Part shown: positions 59,940 to 64,000 of the stretch, one piece after another | How the letters are laid out: every line of letters begins with the position of its first letter | Numbering within the stretch: position 1 is the first letter of the stretch | IMG/VR virus record: IMGVR_UViG_2840468577_000004 | Source of the DNA: a virus | DNA length: 64,000 bases | Strand: one strand, 5' to 3' | Translations under genes and position numbers: made by a program | The notes under the pieces: model-generated | The model's database searches: none | What the model saw: the letters and a program-made list of their open reading frames with translations, nothing else | What the model was told of the DNA's origin: nothing

Positions 59940-61111
59940 ACTGCTCCGCAGCCGCAGGCATTTCACAAGAAAGACCGGGCGCAATGCACCAGTACGCATA
60001 GCCAGCGGTGTAGGCCCAAGTACACGCAAGCCCCGCAATACAGCCCGCTGTGGCAGCAGCCGCCCACAAGAGGCACAGCCACAATTTCTGTATCTACTGC
60101 CCCGCCGTCTGCTGCATATTTATGGCTTGTCCCATTAAATGAGATTGGCAAGCGTCCGTATGGTGTCATTACGGTTTTATCTACATAGCCATAACGCCAA
60201 TCATTCCACATGTAGCGGTATACGTCTGTATATCCCTCTCCTGTAAAGTTTGGCTCTCCATACGGCAATACCTTTACAATTCCGTCTGCACAGATCAGCT
60301 TTGTTAAACGCTCCCATTTATCGCCCCACAATGCCTCTGTGTGGAATACCTTAACCTGTGTTCTGAAATCCGACGTACCGTAAAACTGCCCTTTGTCGTT
60401 TAATGTTCCTGTGGTTGCTGGCTGCCCGGTTCTGCTATTTCCTATTCCGTAAGCCGTCTGCAAATCGTCTGTTTTTGCCATAATCTTTAACAGGCAAATA
60501 ATGTAGTTCCATTCCCACCATGAACTCATGCCCCATTTATCGCCGTTTGCCTTGCAAGCCTCGTTTTCCTGCTCCGCTGTCATATCTCCGATAGTCTGAC
60601 AACCACTAAGGCTGCGTGCTACATTCTCAACCAGTGACGGTGTATAAATGTGTCTGTAGAATCCGGCATTTAATGTGCCGTCTTTTCCTGTTCTGTGGTA
60701 TGCGTTGTATTCAGCATCGTATTTTACGTTGCTCCAAATGATATATTCGTCTGTAGCTGTTTCGTACTGACACAGCCAGCCGCCTTTAAAAGCGGACATT
60801 GCATTACCTGCATAATAAATATCTGTGATATCGCTCTTTGCCCCGTCCTCTTTCAGTTCGTAATTGTCCGGGCTTAATCTGTAATCCTCTGTACCGTCAA
60901 ACTTAACCATGCAAGGGTAGTTATTCTTTACAAATTCCACACCGCCCCAGCTACCATAGTTAAATGCACCCTCTACAAAATCCATTACCGCAGGTATCAT
61001 ACCTACAGCATCATACAGGTATGTTACCCGCTTGTTGCTGTCCTCTTCATTTTTGTTAATCTTAATTCCAAACCGTACAGCTTTTTCTACTGCTGCCATT
61101 GCTTCACTCAT
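59938..61111 (-). CDS. DGR target protein 2 (paralogue of target 1), frameshifted in its VR
   Basis: Shares KAVR.GIKINK, NYGSWG.VEFVKNNYPCMVKFDGTEDY and other blocks with 35628-36905; the unshifted frame would stop at TAA 59938-40, the current frame stops at 59963. Confidence 0.88.
59967..60082 (-). repeat. DGR variable repeat VR2
   Basis: 15 substitutions versus TR, all at adenines, plus one inserted base near 60013-60014. Confidence 0.93.
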
Positions 61112-61129
61112 ACTTTTTTACCTCGTTTC

Positions 61130-61441
61130 TTATATGCAAAATGTGTAATACAGTGTCATTGTCAAATCACTAAATTTATACTGCGGGTGTTCTCCCGGCT
61201 CTAATGGTTTCATTAACCCCAGCTTTTGCCAGTCCTTATGCTGGATATCCGGCACTACTGCAAAATCCTTTACCTCTGCCTGCCATATCTCTTTACTGAT
61301 CTGGCTTTTATCTTCCCGCAATATCCCTAGCCAGCCTATGTATACGTCTGCCTCACTGGTTTCGTACCTGCTGCCCTTGCCTTTAACAATGCGTATTCTT
61401 GTAATGTTGTGTATTGGCTCTATAAATTGCTCTAGCGTCAT
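61130..61441 (-). CDS. Phage hypothetical protein
   Basis: 103 aa, coupled ORF. Confidence 0.6.
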   Translation of the reverse strand: MTLEQFIEPIHNITRIRIVKGKGSRYETSEADVYIGWLGILREDKSQISKEIWQAEVKDFAVVPDIQHKDWQKLGLMKPLEPGEHPQYKFSDLTMTLYYTFCI

Positions 61442-61632
61442 TCTTCTACAGCCCCGTCCTCTACAATCTCCATTTCTTCTGCAAATACGCCCACCTCTAC
61501 GCCCTCACACATTACAAAATATACTGTGCCGCCATTTCTTTCGTTTGGCTCATTTGTTTTTGTTACCTCGTATACCTTGCCTATTTCCGGGCTTGGCTTT
61601 GTTGGTACATGCTGTACAATTTTAATTTTCAT
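61438..61632 (-). CDS. Phage hypothetical protein
   Basis: 64 aa, AGGAG RBS. Confidence 0.55.
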   Translation of the reverse strand: MKIKIVQHVPTKPSPEIGKVYEVTKTNEPNERNGGTVYFVMCEGVEVGVFAEEMEIVEDGAVEE

Positions 61633-61643
61633 TGCTTTTTCTC

Positions 61644-61976
61644 CTATTTCTCTGGCATTTCATATATTCTTGGTATCTCCGCTGCAAACGGCGGAAATGC
61701 TGGCGCACCTTTTAAAAATCCGCTACTGCCCGCTGAATACAAATAAGAAACGCACGCTTTCTGTATTTCGTCTATGACCTCTAAACAACGCTCTTTTGTT
61801 TCGTATGTTCCTATTTCTTCTAATACTCCGTCAGAAATAAAAATGCTGTGTGTTTCTTTTGGCTCTTGCCCCTTTTTGGCTCTTGCTGTTGCGCTGCCAT
61901 ACTCCACACATGCGTAATTTCCACCCAGCCTATACAGCTTTTCTCTGTCTTGGCTTCTTATGTACATATCGCTCAC
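61644..61976 (-). CDS. Phage hypothetical protein
   Basis: YIRSQD...IGTYETKERCLEVIDEI...YEMPEK, a common Firmicutes phage pattern. Confidence 0.65.
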   Translation of the reverse strand: MSDMYIRSQDREKLYRLGGNYACVEYGSATARAKKGQEPKETHSIFISDGVLEEIGTYETKERCLEVIDEIQKACVSYLYSAGSSGFLKGAPAFPPFAAEIPRIYEMPEK

Positions 61977-62265
61977 GTTTTTCCTCTCTTTCTTTTACTT
62001 CCCAATAATAAGCGTCCATTATCCACATTTCCTTGCTAAAGGTAAGTGATAATGCTATCGGCATGAAAAATGCTGAAATCGTGATAATATCCAAATCCAA
62101 AAGAGGTGCAAACGGTGTTGCGATTCCCAACACCGCTATTACTGCAATCCCGCATAATTTCTGCTTAATGAAATATCGTTTTCTTCTGCGTCTTTCATGT
62201 TCCCGTTGCTGTAATTGTTTTTTTGCATAATTCATGCCGTTATAAAAATCTTTTGTGCGTTCCAT
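61930..62265 (-). CDS. Phage membrane protein
   Basis: YFIKQKLCG plus two TM. Confidence 0.6.
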   Translation of the reverse strand: MERTKDFYNGMNYAKKQLQQREHERRRRKRYFIKQKLCGIAVIAVLGIATPFAPLLDLDIITISAFFMPIALSLTFSKEMWIMDAYYWEVKEREEKRERYVHKKPRQRKAV

Positions 62266-62490
62266 ACTTCCCTCTCTTCCCGGCGGTGCTCTTGTTTTCA
62301 TATTGCCCACGCTCCTGTAGTGGCTTTGTATGCTGTGTTGCCCCTTTTCGCATTAAAAAGTTGCCTAAAACCTGTTGACCATCCACACACTCTCTAGTTG
62401 GCGTGCCCACTGCTCCAAATTCACAGCACCCAGCGTGTAGTTGTTCGCCTGCTGCCACGCTGTCGCAGGTTGCCACGTTCCTGCTTTCAA

Positions 62491-62564
62491 TGCGCCGTAT
62501 GGGACTCGAACCCATGACTTACCGCTTATGAGGCGGTTGCTCTAACCAACTGAACTAACGGCAC
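62491..62564 (-). tRNA. tRNA with CAU anticodon (Met or, more likely, Ile2); no encoded CCA
   Basis: Cloverleaf GTGCCGT/ACGGCGC, D arm GTTC/GAGC, ACCGC-CTCATAA-GCGGT, ATGGG-TTCGAGT-CCCAT. Confidence 0.92.
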
Positions 62565-62583
62565 TGGTGCGGCTCATTGCCGC

Positions 62584-63506
62584 TTATGTGTATTCCTCGT
62601 AAATATTTCCATCTAAATCAAATGCTAATTGACCGTCTAAATTTTCATCTTCCATCCACCACTTAAATACTTTTTTCCCTGTACTCCACATTTCCATAGT
62701 TTTTAACCCTCTTCGTTTTCTTTCATCAATCATTTTTTCAAACGCACGAATATACGCATCTCTATATTTTGGGTATCTTTCAAATTCTCGCCACCTATGT
62801 TTACCAGCCAACGGGCAGCCTATGCAGCCAACCCTACCCCAGCCACAACCATACAGCGGGTTTAATTCAATATTTTCTTTTCGTATGTACCAATATAAAA
62901 AATCATCGTCCCAGTCTATCAATGGATTTATTAACGTCTTTTGTGTCCTATAACAGTTTTCTACTATTCTTCGTGTTTCCGAATTATCTAAATTAAGAAC
63001 AACCACCCCCCCTTGTTTGTTAATTGAAAATTTTCATTTTCTTCTATCTCACTCACTAATTTTTTCTTTGGGTTCGTAATTGTAACTATTCCTTGATTTT
63101 CTTTTCTGTTCCTGCTTTCGGCTTTTCTTACTCCTGTTACTAACTTTTCGCCCAGTCCTGTATTTTCTTTTAAATCTTTACAGCAATACCGCATAATTCG
63201 TGTTGGCGGTGTTCCATGGCTTACAATTAACTGCCACATTGATTGTGCAGGATAGAATATTTCGTACGGTACTCCCATTGCCTCGTATTTTTCTTTTTCT
63301 CTTCTTATGAAATACACAGTTTCTGGTGCATCTACTGTTGTATGGTTGTGTCTTATCTTGTATTCCAATCCGTATCTGTTTTTTACCTTTAATGCAATAT
63401 GCTTTAATACGCTGCTGTCTTTCCCGCCACTATCAGAAATTACGCACCCGTTATTCCCGCACATCATATGCAATATTTCTATTGCTTGTTTTTCCTGTTT
63501 TTCCAT
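62584..63506 (-). pseudogene. PAPS-reductase-family protein split by a frameshift in a G7 tract
   Basis: SGGKDSS, RYCCKDLKE, TGVRKAES in ORF 62988-63506; NPLIDW, NPLY, RVGCIGCP in ORF 62584-63006. Confidence 0.85.
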
Positions 63507-63525
63507 TTCGTTCTCCTTTGTGCAT

Positions 63526-63717
63526 TTAAAGCGTTTCCTGCGCTTTCTCTGCGCTATATGTATCCGCCGTAGCTCCGCAGCGGGCGTACTCCTTATAAAT
63601 TGTGTCCCGGTGTACTCCTAAAGTAGCTGCAATATCTACTACCCTGCTGCCCGCCCGGCTCATTTTCTCTATTACTTGCCTATCTTCATAGCGCAATCTT
63701 TTGTATTTTCTTGCCAC
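63526..63717 (-). CDS. Stand-alone IS30-type HTH protein; first phage gene
   Basis: LRYEDRQVIE...GSRVVDIAATLGVHRDTIYKEYAR aligns with the transposase N-terminus. Confidence 0.85.
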   Translation of the reverse strand: MARKYKRLRYEDRQVIEKMSRAGSRVVDIAATLGVHRDTIYKEYARCGATADTYSAEKAQETL

Positions 63718-63862
63718 CGTTCCCGCTCCTTTCTCTTGAAATAAAATAAGCGCACAAGAGCTTTTTACACTCTTGCACGCTTTCTTTTCTTGCCATAAAT
63801 AAAAAAGAAATCCGGCAAGAGATTTTTAATTTCTCTTGTCGAATTTCATTCTAAAACTTATC

Positions 63863-63877
63863 AGCTTTCTTCTAATT
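63863..63877 (+). repeat. Right 15-bp direct repeat bounding the prophage
   Basis: Identical to 27764-27778. Confidence 0.9.
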
Positions 63878-63893
63878 AAATTATCATAAAATC

Positions 63894-63926
63894 AAAAGGC
63901 GGAACTGTCTCACAGCTCCGCCTTCT
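63894..63926 (-). terminator. groEL terminator
   Basis: AAGGCGGAGCTGT-N-ACAGTTCCGCCTTTT on the minus strand. Confidence 0.8.
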
Positions 63927-63942
63927 GATTTTATATCATTGA

Positions 63943-64000
63943 TTACATCATACCCATTCCAGGTGCACCTGCTGGCATAGCCGGTGCGTCTTCTTTGATA
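63943..64000 (-). CDS. groEL: Chaperonin GroEL, 3' end (partial)
   Basis: ...IKEDAPAMPAGAPGMGMM* Gly/Met tail. Confidence 0.8.
   Translation of the reverse strand, partial: IKEDAPAMPAGAPGMGMM

Larger units (their letters stand above)
27764..63877 (-). mobile_element. Complete-looking temperate siphovirus prophage (~36.1 kb) with an IS30-family transposase in place of an integrase
   Basis: Full early, packaging, head, tail and lysis gene order between 15-bp direct repeats; host genes on both sides. Confidence 0.92.

Noticed and set aside
59886..60038. N-terminal extension of the 273-aa ssb ORF through VR2, suggesting a DGR-diversified SSB
   Set aside because: It is off-frame to the TR AAY codons, and a good RBS and ATG exist at 59885

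Overview
Clostridial (Lachnospiraceae-like) chromosome window with three parts. (1) Bases 1 to ~20095: one end of a Firmicutes conjugative element (ICE) with a T4SS module (virB4, prgI, virB6-like, Maff2 pilin-like, virD4, pcfB) and leading-region cargo. virD4 is split by a complete group II intron (7298-9813), and the ICE end truncates a response regulator. (2) ~20100-27760: host genes, including a damaged lactose/galactoside locus (truncated regulator, GH2 beta-galactosidase, two ABC permeases with one 5'-truncated), guaB and a small membrane protein gene. (3) 27764-63877: an apparently complete ~36 kb siphovirus-type prophage downstream of groEL, bounded by a perfect 15-bp direct repeat and symmetric imperfect inverted ends. 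It has no tyrosine or serine integrase. It carries an IS30-family DDE transposase at one end and a stand-alone paralogue of that enzyme's HTH domain at the other, plus ParA/ParB with a repeated parS-like palindrome, an HUH rolling-circle-type Rep and a tRNA(CAU). It also has a diversity-generating retroelement with no recognisable avd. Its single template matches two paralogous targets 24 kb apart, and the distal target has a +1 frameshift inside its variable repeat. All calls come from reading motifs and synteny; no database searches were run.
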